This document shows positions 31,498-40,701 of a stretch of DNA of 64,000 bases, one piece after another. The notes below the pieces were generated by a model. It was given only the letters and a program-made list of their open reading frames with translations, was not told where the DNA came from and ran no database searches. Source of the stretch: an uncultured Chloroflexia bacterium (GTDB lineage Bacteria; Chloroflexota; Limnocylindria; Limnocylindrales; CSP1-4); assembly GCA_963749705.1 (NCBI GenBank), contig CAVVNQ010000008.1, forward strand, positions 256,001-320,000, written 5' to 3'. The stretch's first letter is position 1. Each line of letters begins with the position of its first letter. A program made the position numbers and the translations under genes.

Positions 31498-32388
31498 ATG
31501 AAGGTGGGGACGCTCCGGTTGCTGGCAGGGGTGGTGGCTGTCGCCTTCGTGGTGTCGGCATGCGCCGATACCTCATCCCCCACCGCCTCACCCGCTCCCT
31601 CGATGCAGCAGGCCTCGCCCACGCCGACGGCCATGGAAGCGACGCCGAGTTCCGTTGCCCCGACCCCGACCCCGGTCCCTCCGCTGGCGATCGACGATCT
31701 CCCCCGTGTCGAGCTCGCGGACGTCGACGCGACCGCCGTCTGCGACCCCGAGCCAAGCCAGGCGAACATCGACGCCGGCGAGTCCACGGTCCACTGTTCC
31801 GACGGGCTCGGCCTGGCGCTCGCGGTCATTCGCACGGTGACGCAGGATCCGGCGATCCGTCTCTATCTTCACCTCCCGACCTGCGCGTCGGTGCCGTGTT
31901 CGGAGGATGAGCTGAGCACGGCGGAGGTCACCATCTGGACGGAATCGCTGGCCTTCAAGGTCCAGTTCGACTCGCGTCTCCATTCCGTGCAACAGCCGGT
32001 GGTCTCGAGCAACGACGCCTGGCCCGCGCCGGGTAGCGAGCCCGAGCCGCCAGTGAGCCGTCCATCGATCCAGGGCGCACCGCGCGCGGTGGCCGACCGC
32101 GATCCCTACCCGTTCTGCGGCCGCGCAGAGATTGGTGAACCGTCCTCCGTTCTGGGCTGCTTTCGGGACGCCCTGCTCGCTGGGAACAAGGCGGAGATGA
32201 TCAATCGCGTGTATGGAACCGAGGGCGGCGAGATCCTCTGGATCTACCGCTATGACGGTGCCGGCCGCCTCCGTCGCTTCCAGCAGGACGGCACCAACTG
32301 GGCGATGAACGAAGGCGCGATGATCCTCGGGATCGCACCGCAGACATGGGACTTCGACCCTTGGTGGGGCACCGAGCGGCGGCTCTGA
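31498..32388 (+). CDS. Hypothetical lipoprotein
   Basis: GGAGGAG RBS; lipobox VSAC; Pro/Thr linker; paired cysteines. Confidence 0.75.
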   Translation: MKVGTLRLLAGVVAVAFVVSACADTSSPTASPAPSMQQASPTPTAMEATPSSVAPTPTPVPPLAIDDLPRVELADVDATAVCDPEPSQANIDAGESTVHCSDGLGLALAVIRTVTQDPAIRLYLHLPTCASVPCSEDELSTAEVTIWTESLAFKVQFDSRLHSVQQPVVSSNDAWPAPGSEPEPPVSRPSIQGAPRAVADRDPYPFCGRAEIGEPSSVLGCFRDALLAGNKAEMINRVYGTEGGEILWIYRYDGAGRLRRFQQDGTNWAMNEGAMILGIAPQTWDFDPWWGTERRL

Positions 32389-32518
32389 ACCCGCCGATCA
32401 AGACGCGACATGTCGCGCGTCGCGCCTTGCGAACGCAGCGCGGGATGATCACAATTCCGCTCCCTGAGCGTCTCGATCGCCACCGGGGCGGCCACATCCA
32501 GGCCCGAAGGAGCGGAGC

Positions 32519-33184
32519 GTGAGGCGTTCGATCGCGATCCTGCTCATCTCGATCGCGGCGACCGGCTGCAGTGGCGCCGGGGCAGCGTCACGGGTACCGA
32601 AATCCGAGCCACCCCCCACTCCCACGATGCCGGCCACGCCTGTCGCTCCACCCACGGCGGTGCCGTCGACCGCCGCAGTCGCTTCGGAGGCGCCGATCCC
32701 GTCCATGCCGCCATTCACGGGCAACCCGACACTGCACGTCGGGAGCGGTCCGGCGGTCGAGCGAACCGGTGATGGTGGCTGCACCGACGTGTTCTATCTC
32801 GCAGTCCAGGTCGGCGGATCAGACTGCGGTCCGAGCGCCTTCGGCCTCAACGCGCCGCCACAATCGGTCCAACGTGGTGAGCTGCTCACGATCACCGCAC
32901 CGTCCGGCTGGTCGTTCTCCGGGGTGGCCGTCGGTGTTCCGGAGGCGTGGTCGATGACGATTGCCCCCGTCAGCGCGCTCGCGGACATCGGCGAGAACGA
33001 CCAGGCCGAGATCCCTGCCGAACTTGGGACGGTCCTGGGCAGCGGCCACGGGCCGGACGAGATGGCAACCGCGGCGGCGCCGACATCACCCGGCGAATAC
33101 CTCCTCCAGTTCCGGGACGAGCTCGCCGGGGACGGCTGGACGCTCGATGGCGCCACGTTCTTCTGGCGGCTCTCGATCAAGTAG
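32519..33184 (+). CDS. Hypothetical lipoprotein
   Basis: GGAG RBS; lipobox ATGC; Pro-rich linker; ends 16 bp before site 9. Confidence 0.7.
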   Translation: MRRSIAILLISIAATGCSGAGAASRVPKSEPPPTPTMPATPVAPPTAVPSTAAVASEAPIPSMPPFTGNPTLHVGSGPAVERTGDGGCTDVFYLAVQVGGSDCGPSAFGLNAPPQSVQRGELLTITAPSGWSFSGVAVGVPEAWSMTIAPVSALADIGENDQAEIPAELGTVLGSGHGPDEMATAAAPTSPGEYLLQFRDELAGDGWTLDGATFFWRLSIK

Positions 33185-33200
33185 GGATCGGAATGGGCAG

Positions 33201-33228
33201 CGGGTGACATTCGCGACATGCATTGCGA
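33201..33228 (+). repeat. 28-bp array site 9
   Basis: CGGGTGACATT-CGCGAC-ATGCATTGCGA. Confidence 0.9.
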
Positions 33229-33289
33229 GGGACGTACCCGCCACTGGCGCCGTTGACCAACCAGAACGGACCGTGGAAGGCTATGGACG

Positions 33290-33673
33290 ATGCATCAGCT
33301 ACGCGTGCCGGCGGGCTCGGAGGTGTTCCTCGGGGCGCCCAGGGTGCCCATGGAGCCCGAGATCGTTACTGCCCTCGGCGGGCTCGTGGACAGCACACCG
33401 GAGGTGATCGAAGCCCATCTGCCGCAGGCGTTTGTGCCCGGCACCATGTCGAGCCCGATGCAGGTGCTGGTGATCGTCACCGAGGAATCGGACAGGCACG
33501 TGGCACTCGCGAAGCTTGGCACCGGTCTCGGGCGCATCCTGCCTGACGGCCGCCCCATCGATGTCTGGCCGTTGAGCCCAGGCGACCAACTCCTGCCGGC
33601 GGTGCGGGGAGCGAACTGTCGTATCGGGAAACGCTCTGGACGACGTGGGATTCTGGGGCGCCTGCGTCGATAG
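33290..33673 (+). CDS. SseB C-terminal-domain-like protein
   Basis: VPAGSEVFLGAP...ALGGLVDSTPEVIEAHL...VLVI pattern. Confidence 0.5.
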   Translation: MHQLRVPAGSEVFLGAPRVPMEPEIVTALGGLVDSTPEVIEAHLPQAFVPGTMSSPMQVLVIVTEESDRHVALAKLGTGLGRILPDGRPIDVWPLSPGDQLLPAVRGANCRIGKRSGRRGILGRLRR

Positions 33674-33985
33674 CGGGCCAGAAATGAGAGTGACGATGAG
33701 CGGCAACGGCCGTCGTGATTGGCGCCGATCGGGTGATCACGACGGATTCAGGCTTGTCGGGGCTTCCGGTCTCGGTCGACGACCTCGCTGCCGGCGGATA
33801 GCCTGCCCGGATCTGGCAGGCTCGACGCGGCCGGCGGGCCCTCGGTCAAGCACCCGCGCCCGTCTGGCCGCCGATGAGCGCTGGGCCAACGCTTGGCAGC
33901 CGAGCGCGAGGTTGGCGCAACTCGCTCGCGTTTGGTCTGGTCCTCACTTGTCCGGGGACGCGCGACCCACCATGCTCGCTGGCAC

Positions 33986-34735
33986 ATGAACCGTCGCCGG
34001 GCCGCTGTTGGGTCACGCTGCCAGTTGCTGTTGGCCGGTGTCGTGCTGGCCGTGGCGTCATGCACGTCCGTGCCACAGGCGACCATGGAAGCCGCCGCCT
34101 CGACGTCCGCGGGTGCATCGACCGCTCCTGCCCCATCGGCTCCCGCCGCCACCGATGCCGCCGCCACGCCGAGCCCGACCGAGATCGCGTCGTCCGCACC
34201 GCTGCCGAGTCCGGGCGGAACCTGTTCGGCGAGCCAGCTCGTGCCGGGCACGGCCACGAACGGGTACACGTTCAGCGCCGTCAACTACCGGCACGTGCAC
34301 CTCGATCAGCCGGTTCGCAATGCCGGCGGCGGGTGCGTGCTGGCTGTGCCGGCAATGATCGGGGTCGCGTCCGCGACCGGGCTCGTCCAGGCCGTCCAGG
34401 TCAACAACATCGGCTACGACGTCTGCGTCGACGACGCCTGCCAGTTCGTCAGTCCGCCGTCATACGAGATCCGGGCCGGGCAGTCGCTGGGGATCGCCCT
34501 TGACGCCTCGTGGTGGGTCGGCGGCTACGACGAGAATGGAGCGCCGATCGACACGCCGCCTCCGTGCCCCGGCGCGGTCAACGATGTGACCCGCGTCGAG
34601 ATCCCGCTCGCGTCCGGCGCCCTCACGATCGATCTCGAGACGGCCGTCCGCGTGCCCGAGTCAAGCGTCCCCTGGCAGGAGGTCTGCGCCGGCCGGGACA
34701 GCATCTCGCTCTCGATCACGACCGAGAGTCCGTGA
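33986..34735 (+). CDS. Hypothetical lipoprotein (DUF4232-like fold possible)
   Basis: Lipobox VASC; Ala/Pro/Ser linker; CSASQL...VRNAGGGC. Confidence 0.65.
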   Translation: MNRRRAAVGSRCQLLLAGVVLAVASCTSVPQATMEAAASTSAGASTAPAPSAPAATDAAATPSPTEIASSAPLPSPGGTCSASQLVPGTATNGYTFSAVNYRHVHLDQPVRNAGGGCVLAVPAMIGVASATGLVQAVQVNNIGYDVCVDDACQFVSPPSYEIRAGQSLGIALDASWWVGGYDENGAPIDTPPPCPGAVNDVTRVEIPLASGALTIDLETAVRVPESSVPWQEVCAGRDSISLSITTESP

Positions 34736-35307
34736 ATGACAAGGCTGATCAGGTTGCGCGCCCGGCGGCCCGACGCATGACTCCCGCGGTGACGATCCGG
34801 GAGGCGCTGCCGGGTGAGCTCGATGCGGCGGGTGAGGTCGTCGTGCGCGCCTACGGAACGCTGCCGGGACCGCGCCACCCCGAATACCTCGCCTTCATCC
34901 GCGACGCGGCGCGGCGAGCTCGCCATTGCTCGATCCTGGTTGCGATCGACGCTGCGTCCGGCGAGCTGGTGGGGAGCGTGAGCTACGTCCCGGACGCTCG
35001 GAACCCCTACGCGGAGCTGGAACGCGACGGCGAGGCAGGGTTTCGGATGCTCGGCGTGTCGCCTGAGGCGCGTGGACGCGGCGTCGGAGAGGCGCTGGTT
35101 CGCGCCTGCATCGCCCGCGCCAAGGCTGCCGGTCGGAGCGGCATCGCCATCTCCACGGTTCCCACCATGACGGCGGCGCACCGCCTCTACGAACGACTCG
35201 GGTTCCGGCGAGCGCCCGACCGGGACCACGAGCCGGTGCCCGGGGTCCGGCTGTGGGCGTATGTCCTATCGCTGGCCGGCGACCCGATGGAGGGAGGCGC
35301 GGGATGA
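34732..35307 (+). CDS. GNAT family N-acetyltransferase
   Basis: RMLGVSPEARGRGVGEAL acetyl-CoA motif; AHRLYERLGF; start may be ATG 34777. Confidence 0.9.
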   Translation: MNDKADQVARPAARRMTPAVTIREALPGELDAAGEVVVRAYGTLPGPRHPEYLAFIRDAARRARHCSILVAIDAASGELVGSVSYVPDARNPYAELERDGEAGFRMLGVSPEARGRGVGEALVRACIARAKAAGRSGIAISTVPTMTAAHRLYERLGFRRAPDRDHEPVPGVRLWAYVLSLAGDPMEGGAG

Positions 35308-36245
35308 CCGTCTCGAGGCTGAGACACCGTAGGGTAGGCCCGGCATTCGATCCGGCGGCGGGGCTGACGCGACTCCTGGCTCTCGTCATCGCCATTGCCG
35401 CGACGGCCGTGCTGGCCGGCTGCGTGGGCAGCCCCGACAACGTCGAGCGGCTCGAGCGCCAGGCGCACACCGCTCTGACCCGCTGGGCCGATGCCGTCGG
35501 CGCAGCTGGCGGACCGTCGCCGGTGGTCCTCGTCGGCGAGCTGACCGGCCAGATCGGCGACTGGGAGCTCGAGGTTGGAGACAACAACAAGCGCGCGCTC
35601 TACGCGGGCATGGTCGAGGCGCCCGACGGCCTTCCGGACGAGCAGCCGCCGGACGGCGAGGTCCGCTGGCCGGACGGCACCACCGCGACGGTGCCGGTGC
35701 TCTCCGCGCAGCAGGCCGTCACGGCGATCCGGGACACCGCGACGGCGCCCTGCGGCGACTGCACCATGATGCAGATCACGGCCGCGGCACTGACCAACGA
35801 GTCGATCGAGACGAGCCGCGGACCGGCCACAGGGCCGGTCTGGGAGTTCACCCTGCAGGGCACGGCGGTCAAGGTGACTCGCGCGGCCATCGCGCATCCG
35901 ATCACGGTCATGCCGCCCCAATGGGACGGCAGCGACCCGCCCGGCGGGCTCGCGATCAATTCGGCCACCGGGACCATCGGCGGATCGGAGCTCACCGTCG
36001 ACTTCGTCGGAGCTCCCGATCCCGGCGACGAGCCGTGCGGGGAGGACTACACGACCGAGGCGGTCGAGTCAGACCTGGCGGTCGTCGTGATCGTGATCCG
36101 GCACCCCAACATGCCGCTGTTCGGCGGATGCACCGCGGCCGGGGCCCGGCGGACGGCCACCGTCGAGCTGGCGGCACCCCTCGGAGACCGCGCCGTGCTC
36201 GAGGTCCAGCAGGGATTGCCCGTGCCGGTCGTGCTGACGCCGTGA
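35304..36245 (+). CDS. Hypothetical lipoprotein
   Basis: GGGAGG RBS; lipobox LAGC; RGPATGPVWEF and LAAPLGDRAVL. Confidence 0.75.
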   Translation: MTVSRLRHRRVGPAFDPAAGLTRLLALVIAIAATAVLAGCVGSPDNVERLERQAHTALTRWADAVGAAGGPSPVVLVGELTGQIGDWELEVGDNNKRALYAGMVEAPDGLPDEQPPDGEVRWPDGTTATVPVLSAQQAVTAIRDTATAPCGDCTMMQITAAALTNESIETSRGPATGPVWEFTLQGTAVKVTRAAIAHPITVMPPQWDGSDPPGGLAINSATGTIGGSELTVDFVGAPDPGDEPCGEDYTTEAVESDLAVVVIVIRHPNMPLFGGCTAAGARRTATVELAAPLGDRAVLEVQQGLPVPVVLTP

Positions 36246-36259
36246 ATGGGTGGGCTGCG

Positions 36260-36709
36260 ATGTCGCGGGTCGTGACCGCGCCCGCTCGCGTGGGACTCGT
36301 CGGGGCCATGCTGTTCGCGGCGCTGATCGTCGGTGGCTGCGACGCGCGCTCGCTGACCGACCCGCTCGGGCAGACCTGCTGCACGCACGGACCGACCGGT
36401 GCGCCGGGCGGACTCTCGCGTGACGCCGCCATCGCGCGGGCTCTCGAGGTGGCGCCGGTGTCGAGCGCCTTACCGGCGGTCATCTGGGCCGAGGTCGAAT
36501 CAGACCCGTTCGTCCCACGGGGCAACGCCACGCCGGGGCCCCTGGTGTGGATCGTCCGCCTGCAGGGCGCGCTGACCCCGTCGGCGTGCCCGACCGGGTT
36601 CCTGGACGTCCCGCCGGCGGCCACGTCGAGCGCCTGCCTCGACATGGATGGCGGACTCGACGTCGTGCTCGACTACTTCACGGGCGAGCTGTTGGGGTGG
36701 GTTCACTGA
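36260..36709 (+). CDS. Hypothetical lipoprotein (PepSY-like)
   Basis: Lipobox VGGC; LSRDAAI...VWIV...VVLDYFTGELL. Confidence 0.65.
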   Translation: MSRVVTAPARVGLVGAMLFAALIVGGCDARSLTDPLGQTCCTHGPTGAPGGLSRDAAIARALEVAPVSSALPAVIWAEVESDPFVPRGNATPGPLVWIVRLQGALTPSACPTGFLDVPPAATSSACLDMDGGLDVVLDYFTGELLGWVH

Positions 36710-36777
36710 ACCCACCCCTGACCGTGTTTCCGGGCGCTCCGGCGCAGATCGCCGGCAATCGACCGCCGCCAGCCTGG

Positions 36778-37113
36778 TTACATCACGCCGACGACGTGAC
36801 CTTCGGGATCCGCGAACAGCGCGATGGTCGTCTCCGGCGCCACCTCGGTAAGCGGCATGATCACGCGCCCGCCGCCGGCGACCGCCCGATCGAGGATTCC
36901 CTGCGGGTCCTCGCCGTGGACGTAGAACGTGACGTGGCCGGCACCGCCGTCGCTGCTCGCGCCGACGCCGGCTGCGATGTCACCCAGCCGGGCCATCCCG
37001 TACCCGGTCGGGTTGTCGGTGTCGAACGTCCAGCCGAGGACGTCTGAGTAGAACCGCTGGAGCGCGGGACCGTCCTTGCCCACGACCTCGACGTGGATCA
37101 CGTGGTTGCCCAT
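36778..37113 (-). CDS. VOC/glyoxalase family protein
   Basis: AGGAGG RBS; HVEV...FYSDVLGW...FADPEGHVVG. Confidence 0.9.
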   Translation of the reverse strand: MGNHVIHVEVVGKDGPALQRFYSDVLGWTFDTDNPTGYGMARLGDIAAGVGASSDGGAGHVTFYVHGEDPQGILDRAVAGGGRVIMPLTEVAPETTIALFADPEGHVVGVM

Positions 37114-37326
37114 CGGGTTGTGCCTCCTGGCCAATTCGGGGCGGCTCTGGTACCGCTCTCAGGAGGACGACGTACGGCCGCCCACCGAATCGACAGGTCG
37201 TCGAGCTTCGCCGCGACGAGCCCCTGCAAATGGCGCGTCGCTGAGTGGTCGATCCCTGCCCCGGCCGCGTCGGCCCCCGGCGAGAACCTCGTGTCGGTCC
37301 AGCCGTCGCGTGCGACCCTGATACGC

Positions 37327-37713
37327 GTGACTGATCCCGGAGCAACCCCGGAGACACGCGTCGACCGCTGGCTGTGCGCGGTGCGGCTGGTGAAGACCCG
37401 CCCGCTTGCGATGCAGCTGTGCGAGGGCGGTCACGTCCGGATCAATGGAACGCCCGCGAAGCCCTCGACGAGGGTTCGCACCGGCGATCGCGTGGAGGCG
37501 CTCATCGCGGGCCGCGAGCGGATCGTCGAGGTCGTTCGGCCGATCGAGTCGCGCGTTGGAGCTGCCGTCGCCACGCAGTACTACGTGGACCACAGCCCGC
37601 CGCCGATCGTGACCGAGATTCGGCCGGGGATCATGGCTGTCCGGGGCGAAGGCCGGCCGAGCAAGCGTCTTCGGCGCGAGCTCGAGCGCCTGCGCCGGGC
37701 GGGCGACCGCTGA
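37327..37713 (+). CDS. S4-domain RNA-binding protein (Hsp15-like)
   Basis: RVDRWLCAVRLVKTR...GGHVRING...KPS; GRPSKRLRRE. Confidence 0.85.
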   Translation: MTDPGATPETRVDRWLCAVRLVKTRPLAMQLCEGGHVRINGTPAKPSTRVRTGDRVEALIAGRERIVEVVRPIESRVGAAVATQYYVDHSPPPIVTEIRPGIMAVRGEGRPSKRLRRELERLRRAGDR

Positions 37714-37755
37714 GCCGCGCGCTGGGGCCTGTCCGCGAGTCGGGAGCGCTGGTAC

Positions 37756-39381
37756 CTACCGCTTCGCGCCGCCGCCCTTCGTCGCCGCTCGTTCCCGGTC
37801 CTTCACGATCGCGGCCGCCGCCAGCTTCCCCGGCGCACCCGACACGCAGCCGCCCGGGTGCGTCCCCGAGCCGCACTGGTAGTAGCCGGTGATCGGCGTC
37901 CGGTAGTCGCTCCAGCCCGGCGCGGGTCGGAAGAAATACATCTGCGGCGCCAGGAACTCGCCCGCAAAGATGTTGCCCTCCGACAGCCCCACCACCCGCT
38001 CGATGTCGGCCGGCGTGACCACCTCGCGGTGGAGGATGAGTGACGAGAACCCCGGGAAGAACGACTCCAACGTCCGCTGCACCGTGTCCCCCAGACCGGC
38101 ACGCTCCGTCTCCCAGTCGCTCTCGCGGAGCTGGTAGGGCACGTACTGCACGAAGCAGGACATGATGTGCTTGCCGGGCGGGGCCATGTCGGGGTCGATC
38201 GTGGACTGGATCGCGCAGTCGAGGTACGGGCGCTGGCTGTACCAGCCGTACTTCGCGTCGTCGTAGGCGCGCTCGAGGTAGTCGAGCGAGGGCCCGATGT
38301 TGGTGAACCCCCGGTAGTGGTCCTCGCGATCGGCGAGGGCCGGGTAGACCGGCAGCCCGTCGAGCGCGAAGTTGACCTTGGCCGAGGTGCCCTGGAACCG
38401 GAACCGCCGGATCGCGTCGACGAGGTCCGACGGCAGCTCGCGCGGATCGACGAGCTCGGTGAACGTCCGCCGCGGGTCCAGCGCGGACACCACGATCGGC
38501 GCCTGGTACTCGCCACCGTCCTCGAGCGCCACGCCCGTGACACGCCCGTCGCGCGTGATCACCGAGGCGACCGGCGACTCCAGCCGGATCTCCGCGCCCA
38601 GCGCCGTCGCGGCCCGGGCCATGACCTGGGTCAGCCCGCCATTGCCGCCCTTGTGGAACGACCACGCCCCGAAGATGCCGTCGTGCTCGCCAAGCAGGTG
38701 GTACAGCAGCACCAGACCCGAGCCCTGCGACCGCGGCCCCACCTTGGTGCCGATGATCGCGGACGAGGCGAGGTACCCCTTCAGGATGTCCGACTCGAAG
38801 TAGTCGTCGAGGAAGTCCGCGGCGCTGCCGGTCAGCAGCCGGACCGCGTTGTGGAGGACCTCCTTGGGCAGCGCCCGGAAGCGCGCGCCCAGCCCGGCCA
38901 GGGCGAGCAGCTCCTCCGGATCGTCGCTGAACAGGTTGGGCGGCGGGGCGTCCATCAGCGGCTTGAGCGCCTGGAGCACCTTGTTGAGGTCGTGCTCGAA
39001 CTTGTCGTAGTTGTCGGCGTCGTGCCTCGAGTGGCGCGCGATCTCCCGCTGGTTGACGCCGTGGTCCTGGCCCAGCAGCAGGTAGTCGCCGTTCTCCATG
39101 GGCGCGAACGTCGACGACATGAGCAGCGGCATGAACCCGTGCTTGACGAGGTCGAGGTCCTGGACGATGTCCGGCCGCAACAGGCTCAGCGCGTAGGAGA
39201 AGGTCGTGAACGAGAAGCCCGGGTACAGCTCCTCGGTGATCGCGGCACCGCCTACGAACGGACGGCGCTCGAGGACCAGCGTCCGCAGCCCCGCCTTGGC
39301 GAGGTAGGCGCCGTTGACGAGGCCGTTGTGGCCGCCGCCGACGACGATGGCGTCATAGGTTCGATCGGTCGAGGTCGTCAT
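37756..39381 (-). CDS. Phytoene-dehydrogenase-like FAD/NAD(P) oxidoreductase
   Basis: YDAIVVGGGHNGL, LERR..VGGAA, DPDMAPPGKH, CGSGTHPGG. Confidence 0.9.
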   Translation of the reverse strand: MTTSTDRTYDAIVVGGGHNGLVNGAYLAKAGLRTLVLERRPFVGGAAITEELYPGFSFTTFSYALSLLRPDIVQDLDLVKHGFMPLLMSSTFAPMENGDYLLLGQDHGVNQREIARHSRHDADNYDKFEHDLNKVLQALKPLMDAPPPNLFSDDPEELLALAGLGARFRALPKEVLHNAVRLLTGSAADFLDDYFESDILKGYLASSAIIGTKVGPRSQGSGLVLLYHLLGEHDGIFGAWSFHKGGNGGLTQVMARAATALGAEIRLESPVASVITRDGRVTGVALEDGGEYQAPIVVSALDPRRTFTELVDPRELPSDLVDAIRRFRFQGTSAKVNFALDGLPVYPALADREDHYRGFTNIGPSLDYLERAYDDAKYGWYSQRPYLDCAIQSTIDPDMAPPGKHIMSCFVQYVPYQLRESDWETERAGLGDTVQRTLESFFPGFSSLILHREVVTPADIERVVGLSEGNIFAGEFLAPQMYFFRPAPGWSDYRTPITGYYQCGSGTHPGGCVSGAPGKLAAAAIVKDRERAATKGGGAKR

Positions 39382-39383
39382 CG

Positions 39384-40586
39384 TCAGGCCGTCTTTCGCT
39401 CGGGGTTCCAGAGGGGCGGGCGCGCGGTGTGCGCCGCGACGTGGACGTACCGGTGGCTGATCGGGATCTCGAGGTTGACCTTCGATCCCGGCGCCGCGAG
39501 CTCGACCGGCACCCGCACCAGCCCGATGTGCCGCTGGAGCATGGGCGAGTACATGAAGCTCGTCGCGTAGCCGACCTGGGTCCCGTCGTCGTCGTACACG
39601 AACATCTCCTCCTGGACGGGCGTGTGGTCCATGGGCGGGATGAAGCCGGCCTCGTCGTGGAGGCGGTTCCAGTCGCGCCAGTCCACGACAAGCCCGGTCA
39701 GCCGGAACCGCGAGGACTTCTCGGCCAGCTCGCGCCGGATCGCGTTGCGCCCGATGAACACCCGGTCGTCGGTGGTGACGCCCTTGAGCATCCAGCCCAG
39801 CCCCAGCTCGTGCGGGGTGGCCCGGTCCGCGTCCGTCCAGGCCAGGCGGCTGGACGCGAAGTCCACGTCGAGCAGCAGCAGCCCCGCCTCGATCCGGGTC
39901 ATGTACAGCGCCTGGAGCCCGAACGGCAGCACGCCGTGGCCGCGCGAGGCGGCCCACACGGCATCCCAGACCTCGAGCGCGCGGTCCGCCGCGACCCAGA
40001 TCTCGTAGCCCAGGTCCCCGGTGTAGCCGGTGCGCGAGATGGTGACCGGGCGGCCCGCGATCTTGCCGGTGGTGATGCCGAAGAACGGCAGCCCCTCGAC
40101 CGCCGGCACCAGCGTGGCCAGGATCGCCCGGGAGCGCGGGCCCTGGATCGACAGCACCGCGTGCTGGTCCGACACGTCCTCGATCGTCACCTGGTCGCGG
40201 GACCCGACCAGGTCGCGGAAGTAGCCGAGGTTGGGCTCGGCCGAGGTGAGCACGAACTCCTGCGCGCCGTGCCGCAGGAGGACGCCGTCCTCGACGATGA
40301 ACCCGCGGTCATCGCACCAGATCGTGTACTGGGCCTGCCCGGGGGCGAGCACGCGTGGATCGCGCGCCATGACACCCGCCAGGAAGCGCTCCGCGCCCGG
40401 CCCGGAGAACCGGTACTTGAACAGCGGCGAGGTGTCGAACACGCCGGCCGAGTTGCGGACGGCGAAGTACTCGAACTTCTCGGACAGCCCGTACTTCTCG
40501 GCCGCGAGATGGCCGGACCAGTGGCTCCACAGCCCGGTCTCGTTCAGCGCGGACGTACGCTCGTGGAACGGGGTCGTGCGGATCAT
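39384..40586 (-). CDS. Aminomethyltransferase (GcvT-like) family protein
   Basis: EYFAVRNSAGVFDTSPL, QGPRSR, SRTGYTGDLGYEIW, RIEAG. Confidence 0.9.
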   Translation of the reverse strand: MIRTTPFHERTSALNETGLWSHWSGHLAAEKYGLSEKFEYFAVRNSAGVFDTSPLFKYRFSGPGAERFLAGVMARDPRVLAPGQAQYTIWCDDRGFIVEDGVLLRHGAQEFVLTSAEPNLGYFRDLVGSRDQVTIEDVSDQHAVLSIQGPRSRAILATLVPAVEGLPFFGITTGKIAGRPVTISRTGYTGDLGYEIWVAADRALEVWDAVWAASRGHGVLPFGLQALYMTRIEAGLLLLDVDFASSRLAWTDADRATPHELGLGWMLKGVTTDDRVFIGRNAIRRELAEKSSRFRLTGLVVDWRDWNRLHDEAGFIPPMDHTPVQEEMFVYDDDGTQVGYATSFMYSPMLQRHIGLVRVPVELAAPGSKVNLEIPISHRYVHVAAHTARPPLWNPERKTA

Positions 40587-40701
40587 GCGCGGGGCTCTGC
40601 CTCCCTTGGGAACCCGGACGGTAGCCGACGCAGGTCTCCGGAGGCAGGGGCGTTGCTTGGGGTGGGTCAGGTCCGCCGAGATCGGGCCGGATCCGGGGGC
40701 G

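Noticed and set aside
21432-33228. 28-bp repeats as a CRISPR array
   Set aside because: Spacing is 454-2521 bp and contains whole genes; the repeats are degenerate; no cas genes are present.
23455-33228. Repeats as classical integron attC sites
   Set aside because: No RYYYAAC/GTTRRRY boxes, no long bottom-strand hairpin, genes in both orientations, and no intI in the window.
23455-33228. Minus-strand translation of the repeat as a heme-binding CxxCH peptide (RNVCRECH)
   Set aside because: The motif is broken in 4 of 9 copies and the surrounding frames are not credible ORFs; it is a by-product of the DNA consensus.
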